36,383 nucleotides of DNA. Source: Candidatus Sabulitectum sp. (GTDB taxonomy: Bacteria; Fermentibacterota; Fermentibacteria; Fermentibacterales; JCC-6). The translations under genes and the position numbers were made by a program. The stretch's first letter is position 1. Every line of letters begins with the position of its first letter. Below the pieces are notes generated by a model that was not told where the DNA came from, did not search any database, and was given only the letters and a program-made list of their open reading frames with translations. Shown in pieces: positions 9,311 to 17,276 of the stretch. The DNA lies in assembly GCA_029940175.1 (NCBI GenBank), contig JAOZRM010000004.1, forward strand, positions 1-36,383, given 5' to 3'.

Positions 9311-9400
9311 CACACACATCATTTAGCATTATATTTTCCACGGTCATAATGCAGAAATACATGATTTTTTCGATATTGCTTTATCTGGAAGGGAGTACAG

Positions 9401-10675
9401 ATGGATTCCAGCGAGGAAATGAAACCCACCTTAGACCGTCTTCAGGAGATGATCGCCAAGGGATCATTGTTTGAACTCTATGACCAGATGCTTGGTGAAG
9501 TGGATGTAGCTAAAGTCCTGGACAAGACTACCGCTGCTGTAAAACACATCTTCGAGTCGGAGCGGGCCACGATATTCCGAGTTATCCAGGAAACCCAGGA
9601 ATTGGAATCAATTGCCTACCTCGGTAATGTTGCCCGAATCATCAGAGTACCAATAAACAATGACTCGCTTGCCGGGTACAGCGCTTTGAGTAAATCAACT
9701 TTTGTGCTGCCTGATGCGTATGGAGACCTCTCGGTCATCAATGACTCTCTTCATTTTGACCGATCATGGGATGAAATGAACAATTTCAGAACCAGAGACG
9801 TAATGTGTTCACCTGTTTTGTTCAAGGGCAAGTTACTGGGTGTTGTGCAGGTGATCAACAGTAAGAATAATCCGTTCTGTGAGACTGACCTGCCTGTTCT
9901 GGACAGTGTATGCAGGTTTGTGGCTTATTCTCTTCACCACACTCGACTGTATGATGAACTTGCAACGCTGAAGTGCCTTGAAAAGGAAAAAGCGGAATTT
10001 ATGCGTATCATCGTAGAGGAACTCCGTGCACCGGTTGCCACTTCAAAAACTCTTGTTCGTGAACTGCAGTTCACAAACATAGAGAATGCAGCTCTGCTTG
10101 CGGTACTCAGCAGAGTGGAGAGCCGTATGGATCAGCTACTGGACCTGGCCGAGGACATCCTTCAGTTATCACAGGTAAAGGGCGGAAGACCGCTGAGCGA
10201 AATAGTAGTGTGCGATCTGAAAAGCTATACTCAAGTCATCTTTGACAAGTATCTGGAGTTAGGAGAAAACAAAGGTCTGTCTTTGTCTCTGGAGCTGCCG
10301 GATTCACCCGTGAGTGTTCGTATGGATAAGCAGGGATACAACCTGATTCTGTCAAATCTTCTTTCCAATGCAGTAAAGTATACAGAAGCCGGGTCGGTGA
10401 GAGTAAAATTGCAGCTGGCAGACCCATGGGCTGTTCTCAGTGTTGAAGACACGGGAATCGGAATACCTGCAGAAGAGATCCCCAGGTTGTTCAAAGAGTT
10501 TTTCAGAGCTTCCAATGCCAGGCTGAGTGCGGTAAAAGGCACGGGAGTTGGTCTCACCAGTGTGAAAGATCTTGTGGAGAGGTTTCAAGGGGAGATAGAG
10601 CTGGACAGTGTGAAGAACGAAGGATCCAGGTTTACCGTACGGTTGCCACTTTACAAGCACGCAAAATTGTCATAA
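9401..10675 (+). CDS. GAF-domain sensor histidine kinase-like protein lacking the phospho-accepting His
   Basis: GAF domain (D...NFRTRDVMCSP...GVVQVINS). DHp reads VEELRAP instead of HELRxP. HATPase boxes NLLSNAVKYT, DTGIGI, F and GTGVGL are intact. Confidence 0.88.
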   Translation: MDSSEEMKPTLDRLQEMIAKGSLFELYDQMLGEVDVAKVLDKTTAAVKHIFESERATIFRVIQETQELESIAYLGNVARIIRVPINNDSLAGYSALSKSTFVLPDAYGDLSVINDSLHFDRSWDEMNNFRTRDVMCSPVLFKGKLLGVVQVINSKNNPFCETDLPVLDSVCRFVAYSLHHTRLYDELATLKCLEKEKAEFMRIIVEELRAPVATSKTLVRELQFTNIENAALLAVLSRVESRMDQLLDLAEDILQLSQVKGGRPLSEIVVCDLKSYTQVIFDKYLELGENKGLSLSLELPDSPVSVRMDKQGYNLILSNLLSNAVKYTEAGSVRVKLQLADPWAVLSVEDTGIGIPAEEIPRLFKEFFRASNARLSAVKGTGVGLTSVKDLVERFQGEIELDSVKNEGSRFTVRLPLYKHAKLS

Positions 10676-10709
10676 AAAAAAGCCCTCTCCACTGGAAAGG
10701 ACTTTTTTC
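10674..10709 (-). terminator. Intrinsic terminator of rpsT (possibly bidirectional)
   Basis: On the minus strand AGTCCTTTCC-AGT-GGAGAGGGCT forms 10 bp with G-U pairs, followed by a T run. A T run also follows on the + strand. Confidence 0.75.
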
Positions 10710-10724
10710 TATTTTATTTTGAAA

Positions 10725-10958
10725 CTACAGCACTCTGCTTTTAAGGCGTCTGGCCTTGTTCGGGTGCATGAGTCTGGTCCTCCCGGCTCTATCGATAAGA
10801 CTTTGAGCCAGCTTCACTGCCTCTTTTCGATCTTCCGGAGTCTCAGCTGCATTAACCTTTTTAATCGCTGTACGAAGCCTTTTGAGCTTTCTGTGGTTTC
10901 TCTCATTTTTCTCTGCATCTGTTCTCAGACGCTTGAGTGATTGCTTGCTCCTTGCCAA
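10725..10958 (-). CDS. rpsT: 30S ribosomal protein S20
   Basis: MARSKQSLKRLR...RN...LRTAIKKV...A.SLIDRA....MHPNKARRLKSR. TTG start at 10958 behind a GAAAGGAG SD; the ORF-track start is too far upstream. Confidence 0.95.
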   Translation of the reverse strand: MARSKQSLKRLRTDAEKNERNHRKLKRLRTAIKKVNAAETPEDRKEAVKLAQSLIDRAGRTRLMHPNKARRLKSRVL

Positions 10959-11037
10959 GAGCGCTCTCCTTTCGCAGAATAGACGGCACGAGCCGAACTT
11001 TTTTAACCCGTCAGGGTTGTACACCTTATGACGGGCG

Positions 11038-11066
11038 AATTTAAAGGATTCCCGCGCAGTTGTCAA
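11038..11066 (-). promoter_or_regulatory. Sigma70-type promoter of rpsT
   Basis: TTGACA-17 bp-TAAATT on the minus strand, followed by a GC-rich discriminator (CGCCCG). Confidence 0.75.
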
Positions 11067-11086
11067 CTATAGATGAGAGGAACGTA

Positions 11087-12514
11087 ATGCGTAAAAGTAT
11101 TGTTGTAGCACTTCTTCTGGTGCTTCCCATGGTTATGAGTGCCGACAGACTGATCCGGATACCAATGCAGACAGATGCAGATTTCACCCTTGTAAGAGAT
11201 ATGGGTTATGAAATTGCCTCTGGAAGCAGAGTCGATGGTTTTGTTGATATTCTGGTGAATCAGAGATTTGTTGAAGAGACCATGCGTGAGTATCCCGGGG
11301 CAAGACTGCTTCCCCTCGAGTGGTCGGAGCTTGTTCCCACGGATAGCAGAAATGAAATGGGCTATTACTACGGCCCCAACGAGAACGCTCTTTTTTGGGC
11401 AGAGCTGGCAGAGAACAATGACATGGTGGATACACCCACCTCCTACGGAACTTCCTACGAGGGAAGGGATCTTAACTTTGTTCGCATAACAAAAGCAGGA
11501 CCCGATGCTCCTGCAATTCTTTTTACAGCACTTACCCATGCCCGTGAACCGGGCAGCAATTCGGTTATTATCGACTGGGCCCAGTGGCTCACCACTGAGT
11601 ACGGTAATGACACTATGGCAACATTCATTCTGGACAATGCCCAGATCTACATTATTCCCATAGTTAACCCTGATGGCTATGTGTACAATGTGCCAGACCC
11701 GCAGGGAAGAGATCAGCGAAAGAACATGAACTGGACTCTGGGTAACGGAGTAGACCTGAATCGCAACTACAGTTACATGTGGGGATACGATGAGAGTGGT
11801 TCAAGCTCAAGTCCTTCAGCTGCAACTTACAGGGGTACCGCAGCTCTTAGTGAGCCTGAAACACTTGCAGAGACCCAGTGGATTGATTCAATAGAGCCTC
11901 TTGGCGGGTTTCACTACCACACCTGGGGTGGTTACCTGATTTATCCTTACGGGTTCAACAATTCACCAACACCGCACCAGAGTACCTTCCAGAGCTGGGC
12001 TGCCCAGATGACTGCACAGAATGGTTACGAATATGGCAGGTGCGGAGAAGTTCTTTACGATGTAAATGGCGACGCCGTTGACTGGTCTTACGGTGCCAGT
12101 ACCCATGATCCCATGCTTTTCTTCACTCCTGAGGTGGATGACAACGGTTTCTGGGGTAGTCAGAACGACACTAGTCTTATCGTGAACAATAATCTTGAAT
12201 GCAGATACATGAACAAGATTCTCTGCATGAACCTTTTAAGCATGACCGGTGTCGAAGAGGGAACCTATGCGCAGTGTGAAGGTTCTGTGATGGAACTCAC
12301 ACTTGGCTCAAACCCGGTAAGTGCGGTTCTCAGTTACACTGTTACCGGTGCTGTTCCAGCTTCCATGTCTGTTCTTGATGTTGCCGGCAGAGTTGTTGCA
12401 ACTCCTGAAGGTGGAAACTGGGTTGTCCCCGGGGATATGCAGAACGGTATCTACTTCATCCTTGCGGAAAACGGAAACGAATCTGTTTCGCAGCGATTTA
12501 CAATTTTGAGATAA
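11087..12514 (+). CDS. Secreted M14 zinc carboxypeptidase with a T9SS-like C-terminal sorting domain
   Basis: Signal peptide, HAREP (HxxE), NPDG, RKN, GVDLNRNY, SEPET, YHTWG and FTPEV. C-terminus reads SNPV...VLDVAGRVV...GIYFI...RFTILR. ATG 11087 follows GAGAGG. Confidence 0.9.
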   Translation: MRKSIVVALLLVLPMVMSADRLIRIPMQTDADFTLVRDMGYEIASGSRVDGFVDILVNQRFVEETMREYPGARLLPLEWSELVPTDSRNEMGYYYGPNENALFWAELAENNDMVDTPTSYGTSYEGRDLNFVRITKAGPDAPAILFTALTHAREPGSNSVIIDWAQWLTTEYGNDTMATFILDNAQIYIIPIVNPDGYVYNVPDPQGRDQRKNMNWTLGNGVDLNRNYSYMWGYDESGSSSSPSAATYRGTAALSEPETLAETQWIDSIEPLGGFHYHTWGGYLIYPYGFNNSPTPHQSTFQSWAAQMTAQNGYEYGRCGEVLYDVNGDAVDWSYGASTHDPMLFFTPEVDDNGFWGSQNDTSLIVNNNLECRYMNKILCMNLLSMTGVEEGTYAQCEGSVMELTLGSNPVSAVLSYTVTGAVPASMSVLDVAGRVVATPEGGNWVVPGDMQNGIYFILAENGNESVSQRFTILR

Positions 12515-12529
12515 AGGTAAGAGAATAAA

Positions 12530-13291
12530 GTGCTGGATTTTTACCAGAAACTGAACATTAAGAGAAGTGCCACTCAGGATGACATTGAGACTGCCTATGC
12601 AAAGATGGCTCTCAAACACCATCCTGATGTGGCTGGTGATTCTCCCAAGGTTCAGGAGCGATTTGCAAAGATCAATGAAGCATATTCTGTACTGAGCAAG
12701 CCTCACAAAAGACAGGAGTATGACGACAAACTGAGTACTCCCGAGGTTTTTTATCAGGAGGAAGTGATTTCGTCTGACGAAGGTCGAGCCACCGAGGAAT
12801 CTGTTTCTTCATCCACAGCTTCGGTTGTTTCTCCTGAAACCAGTCAGCCCGAGAAGAAGGAAAAGGCTTCTTCCGGGCTCATGAGCAGGAAAAAACTTGA
12901 AAGAATCAAACTGGAGTCCAAAAGACTCATCGCCAAGGGCGATTTCTGGAGAGCAAATGCTTTGATGAGGAAGGCTGTTATTGCCTATCCCCGTGATATT
13001 GATTTGCGGAAACTTCTTTCAAAAGCTGCTGCTGGAAGAGGAAGGCTCCGTGAGGCTGTAGAGGAGTTAAAAAAGGCTAGCGAAGTAGAGTACTTCAATC
13101 CGGAGATACACTGTTTAATAGGGGACATGTATCTACAGGGTAATCAGATAGACAGAGCAGCCAGTTCTTTTACAGATGCTCTGTCCTGGCAGGAGGATTA
13201 CAAACCCGCACTGCAGGGCCTTGAAAAGATCAGAGCGATGAAGAAATCCAACCTTCCCTGGTGGAAGAAACTGTTGAGGATGGGAAAATGA
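12530..13291 (+). CDS. J-domain (DnaJ-like) co-chaperone with C-terminal TPR repeats
   Basis: N-terminal J-domain with HPD and INEAYSVLS...R.EYD, then a Ser/Glu linker and TPR-like helices. Confidence 0.88.
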   Translation: MLDFYQKLNIKRSATQDDIETAYAKMALKHHPDVAGDSPKVQERFAKINEAYSVLSKPHKRQEYDDKLSTPEVFYQEEVISSDEGRATEESVSSSTASVVSPETSQPEKKEKASSGLMSRKKLERIKLESKRLIAKGDFWRANALMRKAVIAYPRDIDLRKLLSKAAAGRGRLREAVEELKKASEVEYFNPEIHCLIGDMYLQGNQIDRAASSFTDALSWQEDYKPALQGLEKIRAMKKSNLPWWKKLLRMGK

Positions 13292-13665
13292 AAGAGGCAA
13301 GTGGTCGACTCTACTATTCCATCGGTGAAGTGAGCGAAATGCTGGGTATCAAATCGCATACTCTTCACTACTGGGAAAGTGCGTTTCCCACCCTGAAGCC
13401 ACACAAGAATCAGGCTGGAAACAGGTGTTACAGACCCGGTGATCTTGATGTTCTAAAACTGATCGACAAACTGCTCAACGGTGAGGGCTACTCTATTGAA
13501 GGTGCTCGCAAGCAGCTTGAACTGCTCAAGAAGAAGGAAGGCCAGTTGTCTTTGAACTTGAAGGTAAACGATCAGTCAGTTGAATTGCTTGATGATATCT
13601 GTACTGAACTGGAAGCCATTATTCGGGATTTATCCCGACAGCCTCGTACCGAACTTGACGGTTGA
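13288..13665 (+). CDS. MerR-family HTH transcriptional regulator
   Basis: [26 protein letters not shown]...NR.Y...[13 protein letters not shown] overlap with the upstream gene. Confidence 0.9.
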   Translation: MKEASGRLYYSIGEVSEMLGIKSHTLHYWESAFPTLKPHKNQAGNRCYRPGDLDVLKLIDKLLNGEGYSIEGARKQLELLKKKEGQLSLNLKVNDQSVELLDDICTELEAIIRDLSRQPRTELDG

Positions 13666-13683
13666 TTATGCGTTGAATAGAAT
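13655..13683 (+). promoter_or_regulatory. Sigma70-type promoter of tRNA-Pro(GGG)
   Basis: TTGACG-17 bp-TAGAAT, 12 nt upstream of the tRNA. Confidence 0.7.
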
Positions 13684-13695
13684 TGTGCTTCCAAT

Positions 13696-13772
13696 CGGGG
13701 CGTGGCGCAGCCCGGTAGCGCACTTGAATGGGGTTCAAGTGGTCGCTGGTTCGAATCCAGTCGCCCCGACCA
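13696..13772 (+). tRNA. tRNA-Pro(GGG)
   Basis: CGGGGCG/CGCCCCG acceptor stem, anticodon arm CTTGA-ATGGGGT-TCAAG, GGTTCGAATCC T arm, encoded CCA. Confidence 0.97.
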
Positions 13773-13783
13773 CGCAGCAGCAG

Positions 13784-13809
13784 GAAAGGAACCCTCGGGT
13801 TCCTTTCTT
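13784..13809 (+). terminator. Hairpin (terminator or processing site) after tRNA-Pro(GGG)
   Basis: GAAAGGAACC-CTCG-GGTTCCTTTC perfect 10-bp stem. Confidence 0.7.
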
Positions 13810-13827
13810 CATATCCAGGGAGATTGT

Positions 13828-14463
13828 TTGATTTCAAAGGCCGCAGGGATGACGGTATGGCTCAGTAAGCTCTTTCCCGATCAGAGCTCCAGGGTTCTGG
13901 ATGCTATGTCAGAGGTTCAAAGAGATGTTTTCGTTGATCCAGGTTGGAAACGGATGGCCTATACAGACAGCAGCCTGCCCATCGGACATGGGCAGACCAT
14001 CAGTAAACCGGCTACTGTTTTCCGCATGCTCTCAGCCCTTGAACCTGTCTTCGGAGGAAAGCTGCTGGAGATAGGCAGCGGAAGCGGTTACCTCGCATCG
14101 GTGGCTTCAAGACTATTCAGCAGAGTATTCTGTGTTGAGAGGATCCTTGGACTTGTGGAGTCATCAAGGGCGAATCTTCAGAGAACCGGAGCCGGAAGTG
14201 TAGTAGTTCGGTACAGTGATGGAAGTGCAGGATGGGCTGCTCATGCTCCATTTGACGGTATACTTTACAGCGCCGGAGCCCCCGGGTTGCCTGCTTCACT
14301 TGCGGATCAGCTCCGAGAAGGTGGACTTGCCGGTGTACCGGTTGGTCTTAAAACGTCACAGGAATTCATCGTCTGGAAAAAGGTGCACGGAGAGCTTGAG
14401 AAAGTTTCATCTTTCCCGTGTTCCTTCGTTCCGCTTATAGGAAAAGAGGGATGGAATGGGTGA
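13828..14463 (+). CDS. pcm: Protein-L-isoaspartate O-methyltransferase
   Basis: AY.D..LPIGHGQTIS.P, LEIGSGSGY, ERI, DGS.GW..HAPFD, FVPL. Likely TTG start at 13828 after GGGAG; the ORF-track start lies inside the tRNA. Confidence 0.88.
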   Translation: MISKAAGMTVWLSKLFPDQSSRVLDAMSEVQRDVFVDPGWKRMAYTDSSLPIGHGQTISKPATVFRMLSALEPVFGGKLLEIGSGSGYLASVASRLFSRVFCVERILGLVESSRANLQRTGAGSVVVRYSDGSAGWAAHAPFDGILYSAGAPGLPASLADQLREGGLAGVPVGLKTSQEFIVWKKVHGELEKVSSFPCSFVPLIGKEGWNG

Positions 14464-14980
14464 GCACATTGCCATTGCGCTGATCAACAGCCTGAAGAAT
14501 CTTCCCGGAGAAATTGTTCTCATGCTTTTGTCAGCTCTCCCGGTAACTGAGTTACGAGCTTCTATTCCAGTGGCATTCACTGTTATGGCTGAAAGCTGGA
14601 ACTGGCCATGGTGGAAGGTATACATGCTGGCGGTTGCCGGTAATATGCTGCCTGTACCTTTCATTCTTATGCTTCTTGGTCCGGCTAGTCGCTGGCTTTC
14701 AAAGTGGAAGATCTTTGACAGGTTCTTTATGTGGCTTTTCGAGAGGACCCGCAAGAGGGTTGGGCCGCATATAAAAAAATACGAAGCTCTTGGTCTTACT
14801 CTGTTTGTAGCAATCCCACTTCCGGTAACAGGTGCATGGACAGGCAGCGCGGCGGCTTTTGTTTTTGATATTCCCAGGAAGCAGGCGATTGTATCGATTT
14901 TTCTTGGAGTATTGATCGCAGGAGCTATCATTACCCTGATCATGAAGGGTGTGTTGTCCGGTTTGAGCTTCCTTCTCTGA
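14456..14980 (+). CDS. COG2426 / putative small multi-drug export family membrane protein
   Basis: LPVTELRASIP, GNMLPVPFI, LFVAIPLPVTGAWTG; multiple TM segments. Confidence 0.85.
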   Translation: MGEHIAIALINSLKNLPGEIVLMLLSALPVTELRASIPVAFTVMAESWNWPWWKVYMLAVAGNMLPVPFILMLLGPASRWLSKWKIFDRFFMWLFERTRKRVGPHIKKYEALGLTLFVAIPLPVTGAWTGSAAAFVFDIPRKQAIVSIFLGVLIAGAIITLIMKGVLSGLSFLL

Positions 14981-14987
14981 GAAACAG

Positions 14988-15016
14988 TTGCAATAACGTT
15001 GTTGATCTCTTAGATT
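14988..15016 (+). promoter_or_regulatory. Sigma70-type promoter of tRNA-Pro(CGG)
   Basis: TTGCAA-17 bp-TAGATT, 13 nt upstream of the tRNA. Confidence 0.6.
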
Positions 15017-15029
15017 TCATCCGATCGGT

Positions 15030-15106
<77 letters not shown>

Positions 15107-15157
15107 GATTCTGCTTCCATATTTTGAAATTCTTTTATTTTTTACTATTTTACCCGT

Positions 15158-15616
15158 ATGCACAGACTGATTACCGTTATAGGAGGAAATTCCGCTTCTG
15201 ATAAAGATGCGGAATTCGCACATGCTTTAGGTGGGATTCTGGCAGCAGCGGGGTTTTCTGTTGTCTGTGGCGGTGGCGGCGGCGTCATGGAAGCTGCTTG
15301 TATGGGTTGTTCTGAGAACGGTGGTCTTACCGTTGGAATTCTTCCAGGAGAGGAAGCATCAGAAGCCAATCCTTTTGTGAAGGTTGCGCTGCCCACTGGA
15401 ATAGGCACCTCGCGGAACAGGCAGGTTGTTCTTGCGGGAAAGGCTGTTTGTGCAGTAGGAGGAGCCTATGGCACCTTGTCTGAAATTGCTTTTGCACTTC
15501 AGGCGGGGAAGCCGGTGTGCTGTTTTGGTAGCTGGGAGAGTATTCCAGGGGTTAGAAAGGTATCAACACCTAGTGAGGCCATGGAATTCGTACTTGAGAT
15601 GATTGGGGACAACTGA
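15158..15616 (+). CDS. TIGR00725 family (LOG/SLOG-like Rossmann-fold nucleotide-binding) protein
   Basis: [39 protein letters not shown]. Confidence 0.85.
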   Translation: MHRLITVIGGNSASDKDAEFAHALGGILAAAGFSVVCGGGGGVMEAACMGCSENGGLTVGILPGEEASEANPFVKVALPTGIGTSRNRQVVLAGKAVCAVGGAYGTLSEIAFALQAGKPVCCFGSWESIPGVRKVSTPSEAMEFVLEMIGDN

Positions 15617-16149
15617 TGCACAGTGTTAATGAGATCGCAGGCTTTTTCAGGGATGTACCTGATTTTCCCAAAGAGGGCATAATATTCAAGGATGTTACAA
15701 CAGTTCTTACTCATCCCGGAGCTCTTGGTGATTCTGTCACTCATCTGCTGAAATTACTGGAAGATATTGAATTTGATGCAGTGGCTGCAGTTGAATCCAG
15801 AGGTTTTATGTTCGGTGGAATAATTGCAGACAGACTGAATATTCCTCTTGTGCTGGTTCGTAAACCTGGAAAACTGCCTGCTGATGTCATCAGCGAGGAT
15901 TACACTTTGGAATACGGTACAAACACCCTTGAGATGCACTGCAATTCCCTGGCAAGCCAGTCCAAAGTACTCATTATCGATGACCTCATCGCTACAGGAG
16001 GTACTGCTCTTGCCACAGCAGAGTTGATCAGACGTGATGGAAGCATACCTGTTGCAGCAGCATTTCTTATGGATCTAAGATTCCTTGGCGGAGCCAGGAA
16101 GATGGAAGAAGCAGGAGTTCCAGTCTGCTCGCTTATAATAATTGACTGA
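15616..16149 (+). CDS. apt: Adenine phosphoribosyltransferase
   Basis: PDFPKEGIIFKD, ESRGF, VRKPGKLP, YTLEYG and the PRPP-binding motif IIDDLIATGGT. Confidence 0.96.
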   Translation: MHSVNEIAGFFRDVPDFPKEGIIFKDVTTVLTHPGALGDSVTHLLKLLEDIEFDAVAAVESRGFMFGGIIADRLNIPLVLVRKPGKLPADVISEDYTLEYGTNTLEMHCNSLASQSKVLIIDDLIATGGTALATAELIRRDGSIPVAAAFLMDLRFLGGARKMEEAGVPVCSLIIID

Positions 16150-16210
16150 ATTTGATCGTAAACAAATAACAGGATCAGTTAATGAGAACTGATCAAACAA
16201 AGGGGAGAGA

Positions 16211-17170
16211 ATGACTAAGATCACAATGATGCTTGCAGTTCTTCTGGCTATTTTTGCATTTGGTTGTGCTGAGCAGGTAGATCCTGCTCCTGCTGATGAA
16301 AATGGCGAAACTGGCGAGAACGGTGAAGCAATTGAAACCAGTGAAGATTCCGGTACCGATGAAGTAAGTATTGACTTTGAATTTACTGCTCCAGAGGTTG
16401 GACAGTGGATTGCATACAGCGTTGATGGCGAGGATGGAGAATTTAAACTTTCAATCGTTGCTGAAGAAGACTACGCTGGTGCGGCATGCCTCTGGTACCA
16501 GATCGAGATGGACGGCGAAGCTCTTGCTCAGGTTCTTGTAGATCCTGTTGTTGTTGAAGAGCTTGTAGGTTTGAGTGGCGAATACATGGAAGAATTCATT
16601 GCTGATCCAGCAGCCTACATCCGTGAGAATATGCCGGAAGACGGCAGTTTCATGGGCAACGAAGACGCTATGGAAAACATGATGCTTTCCCTCAGCGCCA
16701 TCAAGCAGGTCAAGGTTCTTGATGGCACGCAGCTCATGCTTCTTGACCTGGCAGGCGTTCCTGAGCTTGTTGAGCAGATGATCGCTGATAATCCTGAGAT
16801 GCTTGAAGAGAGCATGCAGATCGATGCAGATAACTCCGAGATGGAAGAGTTCCTTGCAGAGCTCGAAGATGCTGAATTCAGCATGGAGGAAGTCGAAGTT
16901 GACGGGCTTAACTGTGTAGAGTACACCATGACTCATGCAGAAGAAGGAAGCATTGTTGCTGTTATTTCCATGGAGCTTCCAATTCTTCCTCTCATGGAAG
17001 CAGAAGTTATTCCAAACGATCCTGAAGATGAGGGTGGTCTTGTTTATGTCACCGGCTTTGGCTTTGACGGTGCAGTGAACCTTATTACCCAGGCTCCTGA
17101 TCAGACAATTCCAGTTGCAATGATGCTTCAGGGAATGGTTTCTCAGATGCAGCCTCCTCCAGAGATGTAA
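16211..17170 (+). CDS. Hypothetical highly acidic, Met-rich lipoprotein
   Basis: Signal peptide II ending FAFG-C, AGGGGAG SD, own terminator. Confidence 0.8.
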   Translation: MTKITMMLAVLLAIFAFGCAEQVDPAPADENGETGENGEAIETSEDSGTDEVSIDFEFTAPEVGQWIAYSVDGEDGEFKLSIVAEEDYAGAACLWYQIEMDGEALAQVLVDPVVVEELVGLSGEYMEEFIADPAAYIRENMPEDGSFMGNEDAMENMMLSLSAIKQVKVLDGTQLMLLDLAGVPELVEQMIADNPEMLEESMQIDADNSEMEEFLAELEDAEFSMEEVEVDGLNCVEYTMTHAEEGSIVAVISMELPILPLMEAEVIPNDPEDEGGLVYVTGFGFDGAVNLITQAPDQTIPVAMMLQGMVSQMQPPPEM

Positions 17171-17196
17171 AGAAACCGGTATTTGATTTGTTTTTT

Positions 17197-17226
17197 GCGG
17201 GTGTCCCTTCCAGGGGCACCCGTCTT
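17197..17226 (+). terminator. Probable intrinsic terminator after the lipoprotein gene
   Basis: GCGGGTGTCCCT-TCC-AGGGGCACCCGT, 12 bp including G-U pairs. Confidence 0.65.
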
Positions 17227-17253
17227 GCGTAATGTGCAGATGTATATCATAAT
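17225..17253 (+). promoter_or_regulatory. Sigma70-type promoter of the hybrid kinase
   Basis: TTGCGT-17 bp-CATAAT upstream of a GGAGG SD and TTG start. Confidence 0.55.
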
Positions 17254-17276
17254 GGTGAATACTATGGAGGGATAAG

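Noticed and set aside
9326-9352. GCATTAT-N13-ATAATGC inverted repeat upstream of the pseudokinase
   Set aside because: The 7-bp arms are AT-rich and could arise by chance, and no second copy was seen.
10959-11066. 36-aa N-terminal extension of S20 given by the ORF track
   Set aside because: Its TTG is the -35 box of the rpsT promoter. S20 similarity and the SD point to a start at 10958.
13580-13837. ORFs 13580..13831 and 13619..13837, and the N-terminal extension of pcm from 13702
   Set aside because: These are translations through tRNA-Pro(GGG) and its hairpin.
16295-16330. Short imperfect 9-bp repeats (ENG-ETG-ENG-E) in the lipoprotein
   Set aside because: This is a low-complexity linker, too short and degenerate to call a tandem repeat or phase-variable tract.
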